From the NCBI GenBank assembly GCA_044224875.1, contig JBGAJQ010000002.1:128001-192000 (forward strand): a stretch of 64,000 nt of DNA, written 5' to 3'. Origin of the DNA: Gemmatimonadaceae bacterium. GTDB lineage: Bacteria > Gemmatimonadota > Gemmatimonadetes > Gemmatimonadales > Gemmatimonadaceae. Below are positions 1-9,522 of this stretch, one piece after another (the stretch's first letter is position 1; every line of letters begins with the position of its first letter). Under the pieces are notes generated by a model. The model was not told the origin of the DNA and made no database searches. It worked only from the letters and a program-made list of their open reading frames with translations. The position numbers were made by a program, and so were the translations under genes.

Positions 1-2
1 GT

Positions 3-140
3 ACCGAGGTGATGTGCCAGAACTGCGGCTCTCACCTGGGACACGTATTCGACGACGGGCCGCGCGACGCCGGCGGCCTTCGGTACTGCATCAACTCCTG
101 CGCGCTTTCGCTGGAGAAGAAGGACCAGCAGGGTTCATAG
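3..140 (+). CDS. msrB: Peptide-methionine (R)-S-oxide reductase MsrB, 3' part (truncated by window edge)
   Basis: Frame 3 reads [35 protein letters not shown], containing the HLGHVFxDGP and RYCINS MsrB motifs; absent from the ORF track. Confidence 0.95.
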   Translation, partial: TEVMCQNCGSHLGHVFDDGPRDAGGLRYCINSCALSLEKKDQQGS

Positions 141-158
141 GGACGTCGGCGTGTACGA

Positions 159-190
159 AACGGGGCCCCATGTGGGGCCCCGTTGTCTTT
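159..190. terminator. Bidirectional intrinsic terminator between convergent msrB and ridA
   Basis: AACGGGGCCCCA-TG-TGGGGCCCCGTT inverted repeat with a T-rich tail on + and an A-run on the left. Confidence 0.8.
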
Positions 191-198
191 TCGGCTCG

Positions 199-582
199 TT
201 AGGGTCGTTTGGCGACCAGTTCGATTTCCACCGCCGCGCCGAGGGGAAGTCCGGCGACCGCTATCGTGGTGCGGGCAGGAAAGGGCTTGGCGAAGCGCTG
301 GCTGTAGGCGGCGTTCATGGCCGGAAAGTCCGCCATGTTTGTCAGGTAGACGTTACACTTGATCGCGTCATCCATCGACAAGCCGGAGTCCTTGAGCACG
401 GCCTCCAGGTTGTCGAAGGCGCGCATGGTCTGCGCGCCGACGTCGCCCTCGATGAGTTTCCCAGTGGCCGGGTCGATCGGCGTTTGCCCTGAGAGGTACA
501 GCAGGTCGCCGGCCCACACGGCATGCGAGTATGGGCCGATGGCGGCTGGGCCGTGGGTGCTGGTTACGGATTGGCGTGACAT
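199..582 (-). CDS. ridA: RidA/YjgF family reactive-intermediate deaminase
   Basis: PAAIGPYSHA, SGQTPIDP, PARTTIAVAGLPLGAAVEIE motifs; GGAG RBS before ATG at 582. Confidence 0.9.
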   Translation of the reverse strand: MSRQSVTSTHGPAAIGPYSHAVWAGDLLYLSGQTPIDPATGKLIEGDVGAQTMRAFDNLEAVLKDSGLSMDDAIKCNVYLTNMADFPAMNAAYSQRFAKPFPARTTIAVAGLPLGAAVEIELVAKRP

Positions 583-702
583 CAGTTCTCCATCACGAGC
601 GTGAGTGACCAAGTGCGGCCGCCGCGAGCAGGTGCAACGCGCACGGGCGCGGAGTGACAGGGAAATCTGGCGGCTTCTTCCCCCCGCGCAACGTGAACAA
701 CG

Positions 703-1938
703 TCACGCGGTGCCACCTCGTTGCGCGATCAAGTGCATGACCTCAGGATTCACCCAATCCTGATCGTGGAAGTGTGTTCCCCATCCGATCGGGGTGACGT
801 TTCGATACTCGTGCATGGTCTCATCGTCCACGAACCGCAGGCGCTTCCGCAGCGACGCGCGGGCGTTTGGCGCAGCGCCATGATCGAGCAGAAGCCGAGC
901 CAGGCGATCACCGCGATGACCCGCCCGGTACGGTTGGGAAACGACGCACCCAAAGAGTGCTGTGTGCCCGCCGAATCCCTCATCATCAACGGGACCAACC
1001 ACGTCCGGGTTGGTGCCGTGTTCCAGGATCCACTGGGCGATCTCCACCTCGTCGTTGTCAACGCACAGGTGGAGGAGCGTGGTGTTCGCCAGTTCCGTTC
1101 CGTGCAGCGCCAGTGACGGGTCGGTGTCGCAGCCTAACGCCGGTGGATAAAACTCGGCATGCGTGTAGGAGCGGGTGAGGACGGTTGGATCGCGTTGTAC
1201 GTGCTGCGCGAGCAGGTCGATGCGACCGCGGTGAACGGCCATGGCCGGCGTATCGGGCATGTCGATGCCGTGTGCGGCGAGTAGATCAAGGCAGCGATGC
1301 TTGCCTTCAGAATTGCGTGTGTAGGTCTGCAGCAACATAGCGGCGGGCGCGAGCCGATTCCCCCTCTCGTCGGCCAGAGTCGCTCCCAGCTCCAACAGAA
1401 GGTGCAAGCCGTCGTAGTTCTGTGTCTCCGCCGGACCCATCGCGCCAAGCGATGGGCGTCCGCCCAGTGCGTAGAGGTGGCGTGCCGTGCCGATCTGGCC
1501 CTGAAGCACGGCCCGGTCAAAGGCGAAGTCGAGGTCGCCCGCGCCGAGTTGGTGCAACATGTCCACGAGACGATCGCGTCCGAGGTTCGCCGCGTATGAC
1601 ATGGGCGGACCCCAGTTCCCTCGAACGCCGCGTGCATCCTCAATCAGCAATGCCGGATGCGTAGTGACCAGGTGACGAACGGTCTCGAGGTCATCGCACC
1701 AGATTGCGTCGGTGAGTTCACAGGCGTGAACAAGACGCGGCCAGCTCGCGACACCGTACGCCCGTGCGAGCGTCAGTTGCGCGTCGGCAAGCCGGGGAGC
1801 GGATGGCGGATGTGGATGATGCTGCGCGAGCTCATCGAGCGCCCAACGCTCGCGAAGACGAATGGCGCGCAGCAGGTCCTTCGCCTGATGCCGGAGCTGA
1901 TCCAGGTCTGGGCGGACCGGGAGATGACGAGCGGGCAT
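703..1938 (-). CDS. Ankyrin-repeat protein with N-terminal LPxRPDLDQLRHQAKDLL...AQLTLARAYGVASW module
   Basis: Ankyrin-like segments (TLLHLC..VEIAQWILEHGTNPD; GHTALF..LARLLLDHGAAPN); AGGAGG RBS before ATG at 1938. Confidence 0.8.
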   Translation of the reverse strand: MPARHLPVRPDLDQLRHQAKDLLRAIRLRERWALDELAQHHPHPPSAPRLADAQLTLARAYGVASWPRLVHACELTDAIWCDDLETVRHLVTTHPALLIEDARGVRGNWGPPMSYAANLGRDRLVDMLHQLGAGDLDFAFDRAVLQGQIGTARHLYALGGRPSLGAMGPAETQNYDGLHLLLELGATLADERGNRLAPAAMLLQTYTRNSEGKHRCLDLLAAHGIDMPDTPAMAVHRGRIDLLAQHVQRDPTVLTRSYTHAEFYPPALGCDTDPSLALHGTELANTTLLHLCVDNDEVEIAQWILEHGTNPDVVGPVDDEGFGGHTALFGCVVSQPYRAGHRGDRLARLLLDHGAAPNARASLRKRLRFVDDETMHEYRNVTPIGWGTHFHDQDWVNPEVMHLIAQRGGTA

Positions 1939-1944
1939 AACGAG

Positions 1945-2065
1945 CCTCCTGTGTACGCCCGTGTCCGCTGGTCGGGCATGAGGAGGTTCGTTGAACGAAG
2001 CCTCGAACCGCAACGCTCAGGTGGACTCGGTCCTCTCCGCGGACGGGTGGCGCCCTGCGCGCCGC
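1945..2065 (-). ncRNA. Candidate structured 5' leader RNA of the ankyrin gene
   Basis: Closing stem GUCCGC/GCGGAC extended by CGCC/GGCG; internal hairpins GGAC-CGA-GUCC and GAGG-c-UUCGU-uca-ACGAA-CCUC; ends just before the RBS. Confidence 0.5.
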
Positions 2066-2171
2066 AATGAGCGTAATGCGCTTGCCCCGTTGCGAACAAG
2101 CCCCACATTCCGTGCATTCGCGGCCCGCCGTATGCGCGGCCAGTTTCAGACCGTTGAGGCTAGGGTCTCCC

Positions 2172-3152
2172 ATGTTAAAGAAGATCGGCGTTGTGGTCCT
2201 GCTCGTCGTGATCCTGTGTGGCGGCATCGTGGTATTTGCGCGTGTGCGAAATCCCGAAAAGCGCGAGATGAATGAAGAGGCACGGGCGGGCGTACCCGGC
2301 CAGTTCGTGACGCTGGCCGACGGCGTCACGCACTACGACGTTGCCGGGCCAGACACGGGTTCGCGCGTCGTGCTCGTCCACGGGTTCTCGGTTCCGTACT
2401 ACATCTGGGACTCGACTTCGGTGGCGCTCAGCAAGGCGGGGTTTCGTGTGGCTCGTTATGACCACTTCGGGCGCGGCTACTCCGATCGTCCGGCCGTTCG
2501 TTACACGGCCAGGTTGTACGATCGTCAGCTAGAACAGTTGCTGGATTCGCTGGGTTGGCGCGACCCCGTGCATATCGTCGGGCTTTCCATGGGCGGACCG
2601 GTGGTGGCGGGATTCGCCGCTAAGCACCCGGAACGTGTGAAATCGTTGACCCTTGTTGATCCAGCCGCAGGCGGGGATGGAGGCGTGCCCTGGTATTTCA
2701 AGGTACCGTTTTTCGGTCGCCTGCTCTGGCAGTCTCTGGCCGTACCATCCATGGCCGATGGACAGGTATCCGACTTCTACGAACCGCAGAAGTGGCCGGA
2801 CTGGGCCGACCGGTATCGACCACAAGTGGAATTCAGGGGATTCGGTCGTGCCCTCCTGTCCACACGACTCGAATCAGCCCGTGGGCCTCGAGACGGCGTC
2901 TATGCGCAGGCGGGCAAGACCGGAGTGCCAGCGTTGCTGATCTGGGGCAAGGAGGACCAAACCGTTCCGATCAAGTTCGCGGACGTGGTGCAGAAGGGAA
3001 TTCCACAGGTCCAATTCCATCCGATTGACCGCGCTGGCCATCTTCCGCACATGGAGCGCACGGACGTAGTGAACCCGCTACTGATCGCTTTCCTGCACTC
3101 GGCCGACTCCGCGCACACGCCGAAGGCGGACTCCACCAAGGCCGCGAAGTAA
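2172..3152 (+). CDS. Membrane-anchored alpha/beta hydrolase
   Basis: N-terminal TM segment, LVHGF oxyanion motif, GLSMGG nucleophile elbow, AGHLPH catalytic His. Confidence 0.9.
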   Translation: MLKKIGVVVLLVVILCGGIVVFARVRNPEKREMNEEARAGVPGQFVTLADGVTHYDVAGPDTGSRVVLVHGFSVPYYIWDSTSVALSKAGFRVARYDHFGRGYSDRPAVRYTARLYDRQLEQLLDSLGWRDPVHIVGLSMGGPVVAGFAAKHPERVKSLTLVDPAAGGDGGVPWYFKVPFFGRLLWQSLAVPSMADGQVSDFYEPQKWPDWADRYRPQVEFRGFGRALLSTRLESARGPRDGVYAQAGKTGVPALLIWGKEDQTVPIKFADVVQKGIPQVQFHPIDRAGHLPHMERTDVVNPLLIAFLHSADSAHTPKADSTKAAK

Positions 3153-3178
3153 GGACCGGCATCGCGGGGCCCTCGCCG

Positions 3179-4657
3179 TCACATCGTGTCCAGCCCGCGG
3201 ATCAGTCGGGCCATGAAGCTCACGGCGGTCGCAAAGTCCGCTGCACGCACGCGCTCGTTGACGCCATGGACCCGCTCGCGATCGCCATCGCCTAACGGGA
3301 TTGGCAGGAACCGGTACACGTGCGTGCTGTGCGGGCCCCAATACTTGGCATCGGTGCCACCCATGACGAGGTAGGGGATGACGGGTACGCGTCCCCCTGG
3401 CTCCATCGCCGCGATGGTGCGCGAAAGCCCCACGTAGCCGGGCGCGGCAATGTCGGACACGGGTGAAGGATCCACACCCGCGCTATCGATGGGCGCCACC
3501 GTGATCTGCGAATCCGCGATGACCTGGGCGACGCGCTCCTTGACCGACGCGACCGTTTCTCCAGACGCAATCCGGAAATTCACCACCGCGGACGCCTCGG
3601 GAGGCAGCACGTTGTCCTTGATGCCGGCCGACAGCATGGTTGGTGCGGTGGTGGTGTGGAGGAGGGCAGCGCCTAACGGGTTGCCCTGCAGCCCACGCTC
3701 GACGATCGGCGCAGTGAGCCACAGGTTGGCCATGACCACCTTGGTGGTGAACGGCATGTACGGTGCCATCGCCTCCACCATACCCCGTGTGGGTGCGTTG
3801 AGGTTGGACGGGAAAGGATTCGCCTCGAGCTTGGCAATCGCCCGACTCAAGGCGCCCACCGCCGTTCTAGCTGTCGGCATCGACGAGTGCCCACCGTCGG
3901 CGCGTGCCGTGAGCCGGAGGCTCACGTATCCCTTCTCGGCGATGCCGACGATCGCGGCGCGATCCTTGATTCCGGGGAGAATGCCAGCTCCCATGAACCC
4001 GCCCTCGTCCAGCACCAGCACAGGCTTCACTCCCCGCTTCACCAGCTCCTCTACGATAAGGCGCGCGCCGTAGCGGCCGCCGACTTCCTCGTCGTGTCCA
4101 AAGGTGAGGTAGACCGTACGTTTGGGCCGATAACCGGAGGCCAGCAGTCCCTCAACCGCCTCCAGAACGGCGAGCACGGTGGACTTGTCGTCCAGTGTTC
4201 CGCGTCCCCAGACAAACCCGTCAGCTACATCACCAGAGAAGGGGCCATGCTGCCAGTCCTTCAGGTTGGGCTCTGGAACGGGCACGACGTCCATGTGCCC
4301 CATCAGCACCAGCGGTGGCAGCGTGGTGTCCGTCCCGGTCCACGTGTACAACAAGCTCAACCCGGCGACGTACTCGCGGGTGAGCTGCTGGTGCACCAAC
4401 GGAAAGGTCTGCTCGAAGTAGGTGTGCAGCCCAAGAAAGGCCGCCGTGTCGATCGGGCCGCCCGACGTCAGCGAGACGGTCGGAAACTTCACGGCGCCGG
4501 CGAGATGCGCGGCGGCCAAGGCCGTGTCGACCGCGGGAGGCGCATCCGATGGGCTGCCAATGACTGGCGCCGGCGGGGACAAGCGTGCGGCCCGAACGCT
4601 CATGACGGCGCCCACGACAAGGAGCAACAGGACGAGAAGCGCCCCGAATTTCTTCAT
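3179..4657 (-). CDS. M20 family peptidase (carboxypeptidase S / PM20D1-like)
   Basis: GHMDVVP, WGRGTLDDK, HDEEVGG, GGHSS, GGTDA, VHGVNE motifs; N-terminal anchor; start could be 4669. Confidence 0.9.
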   Translation of the reverse strand: MKKFGALLVLLLLVVGAVMSVRAARLSPPAPVIGSPSDAPPAVDTALAAAHLAGAVKFPTVSLTSGGPIDTAAFLGLHTYFEQTFPLVHQQLTREYVAGLSLLYTWTGTDTTLPPLVLMGHMDVVPVPEPNLKDWQHGPFSGDVADGFVWGRGTLDDKSTVLAVLEAVEGLLASGYRPKRTVYLTFGHDEEVGGRYGARLIVEELVKRGVKPVLVLDEGGFMGAGILPGIKDRAAIVGIAEKGYVSLRLTARADGGHSSMPTARTAVGALSRAIAKLEANPFPSNLNAPTRGMVEAMAPYMPFTTKVVMANLWLTAPIVERGLQGNPLGAALLHTTTAPTMLSAGIKDNVLPPEASAVVNFRIASGETVASVKERVAQVIADSQITVAPIDSAGVDPSPVSDIAAPGYVGLSRTIAAMEPGGRVPVIPYLVMGGTDAKYWGPHSTHVYRFLPIPLGDGDRERVHGVNERVRAADFATAVSFMARLIRGLDTM

Positions 4658-4722
4658 GACCGGTTCCATTGAGAGTCCGCCGAGAATGTGCGCGACCGAC
4701 TGATTGGGCGCCAGCACTGCTT

Positions 4723-4793
4723 CCATCGATAATCGATGGGGGATTGACAGGATCATCGCCTTGGCGAATCTTCCCATCGTCTATCGATAGGAA
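4723..4793 (+). promoter_or_regulatory. padR promoter with twin palindromic operators
   Basis: CCATCG-N5-CGATGG (4723-4739) and CCATCG-N5-CGATAG (4774-4790) flank TTGACA(4744)-N17-AATCTT. Confidence 0.6.
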
Positions 4794-4811
4794 CCCTCGG
4801 GAGGATGCGTC

Positions 4812-5144
4812 ATGGGCGCTGACAGAAGCGAACTTCTTCCGGGCACACTGGACCTGTTGGTACTTCGAACCCTGCTGGGTGGCCCGCGGCATGGCTATGG
4901 CATCGCTCAGCGGCTCAAGGTGCTGTCGAGCGACGTGCTCCAAGTAGGTGAGAGTTCACTTTATCCGGCGCTCCAGCGTCTCCTGTTGGATGGGTACGTG
5001 AAGGCCGAGTGGGGATCCTCCGAGAACAATCGACGGGCGCGGTACTACACCCTCACGGCGTCGGGGCGCCGGCACCTCGTGAGCCAGCGCGAGGCCTTCG
5101 AGCGCGTTGTGACGGCGATTCAGCACGTCCTCGAGTTCGCCTGA
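4812..5144 (+). CDS. PadR family transcriptional regulator (acidobacterial type)
   Basis: LLPGTLDLLVL, HGYGIAQ, SLYPALQRL, SENNRRARYY. Confidence 0.92.
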   Translation: MGADRSELLPGTLDLLVLRTLLGGPRHGYGIAQRLKVLSSDVLQVGESSLYPALQRLLLDGYVKAEWGSSENNRRARYYTLTASGRRHLVSQREAFERVVTAIQHVLEFA

Positions 5145-5147
5145 CGC

Positions 5148-7847
5148 ATGCGATTCATCCAACGTCTTCGCTATTGGCTCCAGCATCGCCAGCGCGCGGC
5201 GGAGTTGCACGAGGAGATGGCGATCCACCGCGAATTGGTGGAGCACGAGTACCGCGCACAGGGCATGGCGCAGCATGCAGCGCGTGATGCGGCCCGGCGA
5301 CGCATGGGGAATGAGACCTACATGCGTGAGGAATCGAGCGGCGTGTGGATCTGGCCGGCGCTGTCCGCGTTAGGCGTTGATATGCGTTACGCCGTGCGGT
5401 CTTTTCGACGGTCACCTGGGTTTACGGCGATCGCCGCGGCCACCCTGGCGTTCGGCATAGCCGCCAACCTGGCGATGTTCGGAGTCGTCGACGCCCTTCT
5501 CTTTCGTGCGCCGGAGGGCATCCGCGATCCGCAGGACATGGTGCGCATCAGCATCGAGGCGCCCGAAGTCGGCGACCAAGGCGCGCGCGAGCTGTCCGAC
5601 GTGGTGTCGTATCCGGACTTCGAGACCCTTCGAACGAACGCGGGCGCGTTTGGCGACATCGCGGCCTTCTTGCGCACGCCGCTGGTAGTTGGCGAGGGGG
5701 ATGCGGCGCGCCACGAAGAGGTTCTTCTCGTCAGCGGCAACTACTTCTCGCTGCTTGGCGCGTCGCCCTTGCTGGGTCGCGCACTCGGCGCAACAGACGA
5801 TCAAGAAGGCGCCGCGCTGCCGGTTGCCATACTCAGTTGGGAGTTCTGGCAGCGAGCGTTCGGCGGCGATCCTCGCACGATCGGCAAGACGATTCGTGTG
5901 AGCGGGCAGCCGTTTGCGGTAGTGGGTATTGCCGCACGTCATTTTGTTGGCACCGACCTTGGGCGTCCGGCGCTTTGGCTCCCGCTGCAATCGGCGTGGA
6001 ACCTGGGGTACGATCCACAACTCATGCGCGCCGAGCACGCCACGTGGCTGAGCCTGACGGCCAGGTTGCGCGCTCCATTGACGCGCGCGCAGGCCAGCGC
6101 GCGAGCCAGTACCGCGTTGCAGCTTGCGCGGGCTCCGACCGGCGTACCCGCCGAGGTGGGGAAAGGGGGTGCCAATGCCGCGCCGCTGGTTCGACTCTCG
6201 CCGATGTCCGGTGCAGGACGAACATCGGTCGTTCAAGACAACGCCTCGGATCGCACACCGCCCGTGTCCCTGTGGTTCCTCGGGATTACCGGTGTGGTGA
6301 TGCTGATTGCCTGTGCGAACGTCGCCAACCTGCTTTTGGCGCGTGCGTCTACCCGCCAGCATGAACTCGCGGTGCGCGCCTCACTCGGAGCAACACGCGG
6401 GCGGTTGACGCGCCAGCTCCTTACGGAGAGCGTGGTGCTGTCATCAGCGGGTGTACTCGCCGGTGTCCTCCTCGCTGCCGTCGCAGTGACCCTGCTCCCC
6501 CGCCTGGTGACACTGCCTCCGCTTCCGCCGCTGCTGTCACAACGGCTGTTGGGGTTTACCGTCCTGTTGCTGGTGGCTACCACGGTGCTGGCGGGGATAG
6601 CCCCGGCGGTGCGGGCGTCGCGCGATACCCTTCGCCTGCACCTTGGCCTAGCGACGCGCGCAGGCGGAAGCCGGTCGCTCGTGCGGCAAGTGCTGGTTGT
6701 GGTGCAACTGGCAGCATCCGTCGTGCTCCTCGTCAGCGCCGCCCTTTTCCTGCGCAGTATGCAGCGGGTGCGGGCGATTGACGCGGGAATTCGTGTGGGT
6801 CAACTGCTGGAGGTATCCGGAGACACCCGTGTCGCGACGTTATCGCGTGTGGCATCGGATGCCTTCTGGCGAAGTGCGCTGGAACGCGTGCAGCGAATTG
6901 GTGGTGTGCGGACTGCGGCGTTAGGCGGGTTCCTGCCATTTGAAGACGCCTACGCCATGCCGGTGGCGGTGCCCGGTGAGGGGACGCCCATACCCGTGCA
7001 ACCCGAATTCGCCGATGCGAATTACTTCCGAACGCTCGGTCTCTCGCTGCGTGCCGGCCGGGAGTTCACGGACGTCGACCAGGCCGCCGGCGCGGCCCCC
7101 GTGGTCATCCTGAACGAATCGCTGTCCCGCCGGCTGTTCGGCGGCGCGAACCCGATCGGTCGCTGCGTCCGAGCGGGGCCTGTTGGCCCTGACGGGGCAT
7201 GCGCACAAGTGATCGGCGTCGTGGCCGACGCGAAGTATGGCGAGTTGACGCGCGATCCCGTGCCACTCTTCTATCGACCAATGGGTGCGCGGCCGGTGAA
7301 CGGCGGGTATGGTGCAGTCCTTCACGTTCGCACGGATGGCGACCCTGCGAACCTGGTGGGGGCGGTGCGTCGCGAGATCCTTCGTCTGGATCCGACGCTG
7401 CTGTACGTCCGCGTGCAGGCCCTGCAGGACCTGGTGGCGCCACAAATCGCGCCGTGGCGAACCGGGACCTGGATCTTCTCTGTCTTCGGTGGCGTCGGGT
7501 TGCTGCTGGCGGCGATCGGTTTGTATGGCGTGATCAACCTCTTGGTGCAGGAGCGGACCCACGAGCTGGGCGTTCGGATGGCCCTCGGCGCCGCACGTGG
7601 CGACGTCATGCGCATGGTGTTTGGCCAGGGTGTTCGGCTGACGGCGTTGGGGCTGGCGATTGGTGCCCTTGGTGCCGCGGCCGCGTCGCAACTGTTTGCC
7701 GCCATGATCTATGGGATCCACCGGAGCGATCCGGTGGCGTACCTGACGGCAGCGGTCGTACTGACTTCGGTGGCGCTCATCGCCTTGTGGGTGCCAGCGC
7801 GCCGAGCGACGCGACTCGATCCCGTCATCGCATTGCGCGGTTCGTGA
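5148..7847 (+). CDS. ADOP-type duplicated ABC permease (MacB-PCD/FtsX x2)
   Basis: DMRYAVRSFRRSPGF, LIACANVANLLLAR, ELGVRMALGA, PARRATRLDPVIALR; directly downstream of PadR. Confidence 0.92.
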   Translation: MRFIQRLRYWLQHRQRAAELHEEMAIHRELVEHEYRAQGMAQHAARDAARRRMGNETYMREESSGVWIWPALSALGVDMRYAVRSFRRSPGFTAIAAATLAFGIAANLAMFGVVDALLFRAPEGIRDPQDMVRISIEAPEVGDQGARELSDVVSYPDFETLRTNAGAFGDIAAFLRTPLVVGEGDAARHEEVLLVSGNYFSLLGASPLLGRALGATDDQEGAALPVAILSWEFWQRAFGGDPRTIGKTIRVSGQPFAVVGIAARHFVGTDLGRPALWLPLQSAWNLGYDPQLMRAEHATWLSLTARLRAPLTRAQASARASTALQLARAPTGVPAEVGKGGANAAPLVRLSPMSGAGRTSVVQDNASDRTPPVSLWFLGITGVVMLIACANVANLLLARASTRQHELAVRASLGATRGRLTRQLLTESVVLSSAGVLAGVLLAAVAVTLLPRLVTLPPLPPLLSQRLLGFTVLLLVATTVLAGIAPAVRASRDTLRLHLGLATRAGGSRSLVRQVLVVVQLAASVVLLVSAALFLRSMQRVRAIDAGIRVGQLLEVSGDTRVATLSRVASDAFWRSALERVQRIGGVRTAALGGFLPFEDAYAMPVAVPGEGTPIPVQPEFADANYFRTLGLSLRAGREFTDVDQAAGAAPVVILNESLSRRLFGGANPIGRCVRAGPVGPDGACAQVIGVVADAKYGELTRDPVPLFYRPMGARPVNGGYGAVLHVRTDGDPANLVGAVRREILRLDPTLLYVRVQALQDLVAPQIAPWRTGTWIFSVFGGVGLLLAAIGLYGVINLLVQERTHELGVRMALGAARGDVMRMVFGQGVRLTALGLAIGALGAAAASQLFAAMIYGIHRSDPVAYLTAAVVLTSVALIALWVPARRATRLDPVIALRGS

Positions 7848-7892
7848 CTTGCCGAGCAGCGCCCAAGGAAAGCACTGGCGTCAGGTAAACGA

Positions 7893-7924
7893 AGGGCGGG
7901 GCATCCGACAGGACGCCCCGCCCT
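7893..7924 (-). terminator. Intrinsic terminator downstream of rho (possibly bidirectional)
   Basis: AGGGCGGGGC-atcc-gaca-ggac-GCCCCGCCCT stem followed by TCGTTT on the minus strand. Confidence 0.7.
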
Positions 7925-7944
7925 GAACAAAATGAGGGACCTGT

Positions 7945-9522
7945 CTACAGGCCGGCGAGCAGCGCGTCGTTGTTCGCCGTGTTGGCGATGCGCTTGATCA
8001 TCCATTCCATGGCCGCTTGTGGCGGCATTTGCTGGAGTCCGCGCCGAAGCGTGTAGATGGCGTCGATCTGGTCTGGCTTGTACAACTTTTCCTCGCGTCT
8101 GGTGCCCGACGCTGCGATGTCAAACGCCGGGAAGATTCGCTTTTCACTCAACGAACGATCCAGCTTGATCTCGCAGTTGCCGGTTCCCTTGAATTCCTCG
8201 AAGATCACGTCATCCATGCGTGAGCCCGTCTCCACCAGAGCGGTCGAGATAATCGTTAGGCTCCCACCGCCATCCTTCTCGGCCACCGAGCGGGCCGAAC
8301 CGAAGAAGGCCTTGGGTTTGGCCATCGCCGTGGTATCGAGGCCGCCGGACATGGTGCGGCCCGACCCGCGTTCGGCGGTGTTATGGGCACGAGCCATGCG
8401 GGTGAGCGAATCGAGCACGATGACGACGTCGCGACCCATTTCCACCAGTCGACGTGCGTGCTCCAGCACCATCTCACACACCTCCACATGTCGGTGAGCG
8501 GGCTGGTCGAATGACGAAGCAATGACTTCGCCGACGCCCCATGAAATCGCCTCGCTGACTTCTTCCGGCCGCTCGTCGACCAGTAAGATGAGCAGCACCG
8601 CGTTCGGATGATTGAGGGCGATCCCTTCGGTCAGCGCATGCAATAGCATCGTCTTGCCGGCGCGCGCGGGAGCGACAATGAGGGCGCGTTGGCCATAACC
8701 GATCGGGGCCATCAGGTCGATGCAGCGACGCGTGAGCTCCGGTCCGCCACGTGCGGCGCGGCCGGTCTCCATGGTTAGGCGGCGATCGGGGTACGTGGCC
8801 GTCAGCGACTGGAAGTCGGGTCGTCGCGTGAGGGTGGCCGGGTCTGCACCGTTGATGCTGGTGACGTCGCAGACGACGACGCGGTTGCGTTGATCGTGGC
8901 CCGTGGAGGCCGTCAGCAAGTCGCCGCGGCGGAGCGCGAACTGGCGGACCACATGCGGTGGTACCCATGCGTCGCCATTTTCGGCCAGATAACTGTTGCT
9001 GACTCGGCGGATGAAGCCGCCATCGCGCGACGCGTCAAACCAGCCGACCGTTTCGGCGTCTGGGACAACCGGTGCCGTTGGTGCCTGTGGTTCATGTCCG
9101 CGTCGTCCCCGTCGGTTGCGACGATGACGTCGGCCATTGCGACCGCCGTGGAAATCGTCGCGCTGGCGTTGGCGGTCGTCGAATCGATTCTGACCGCCGC
9201 CCTGGGGAGCTCCCCGCTCGCGAGGAAGTTCAACGACGCCGTTGCCCGCCTCGGTGCTCGTCGCCTCGTTGGAAGCGGCTGCTGGCGGTGCGTCCTGATC
9301 ACTGCCGCTGTCGTTTGCGGCGACGGGTCCTTCATCGCCTCCGCCGCGCTGATCCTCGTCGCGATCAGGAGGGGAGCTGTCTGCCGGCTCAGCAGCGGTC
9401 GTGGCGTCAGCTCCTTCTTCGGGGCCGTCGCGGTACGGATTCGGCTCGCCCGTGGATTCCGCAGCGCGATCCTTGCGGGTAGGGCGACGGCCACGACGGT
9501 ACGGGCGTCGACGTTCGGTCAT
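7945..9522 (-). CDS. rho: Transcription termination factor Rho with long low-complexity N-terminus
   Basis: APIGYGQRALIVAPARAGKT, LLVDERPEEV, LDSLTRMARAHN, FFGSAR, TALVETGSRMDDVIFEEFKGTGN, SGTRREE. Confidence 0.95.
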   Translation of the reverse strand: MTERRRPYRRGRRPTRKDRAAESTGEPNPYRDGPEEGADATTAAEPADSSPPDRDEDQRGGGDEGPVAANDSGSDQDAPPAAASNEATSTEAGNGVVELPRERGAPQGGGQNRFDDRQRQRDDFHGGRNGRRHRRNRRGRRGHEPQAPTAPVVPDAETVGWFDASRDGGFIRRVSNSYLAENGDAWVPPHVVRQFALRRGDLLTASTGHDQRNRVVVCDVTSINGADPATLTRRPDFQSLTATYPDRRLTMETGRAARGGPELTRRCIDLMAPIGYGQRALIVAPARAGKTMLLHALTEGIALNHPNAVLLILLVDERPEEVSEAISWGVGEVIASSFDQPAHRHVEVCEMVLEHARRLVEMGRDVVIVLDSLTRMARAHNTAERGSGRTMSGGLDTTAMAKPKAFFGSARSVAEKDGGGSLTIISTALVETGSRMDDVIFEEFKGTGNCEIKLDRSLSEKRIFPAFDIAASGTRREEKLYKPDQIDAIYTLRRGLQQMPPQAAMEWMIKRIANTANNDALLAGL

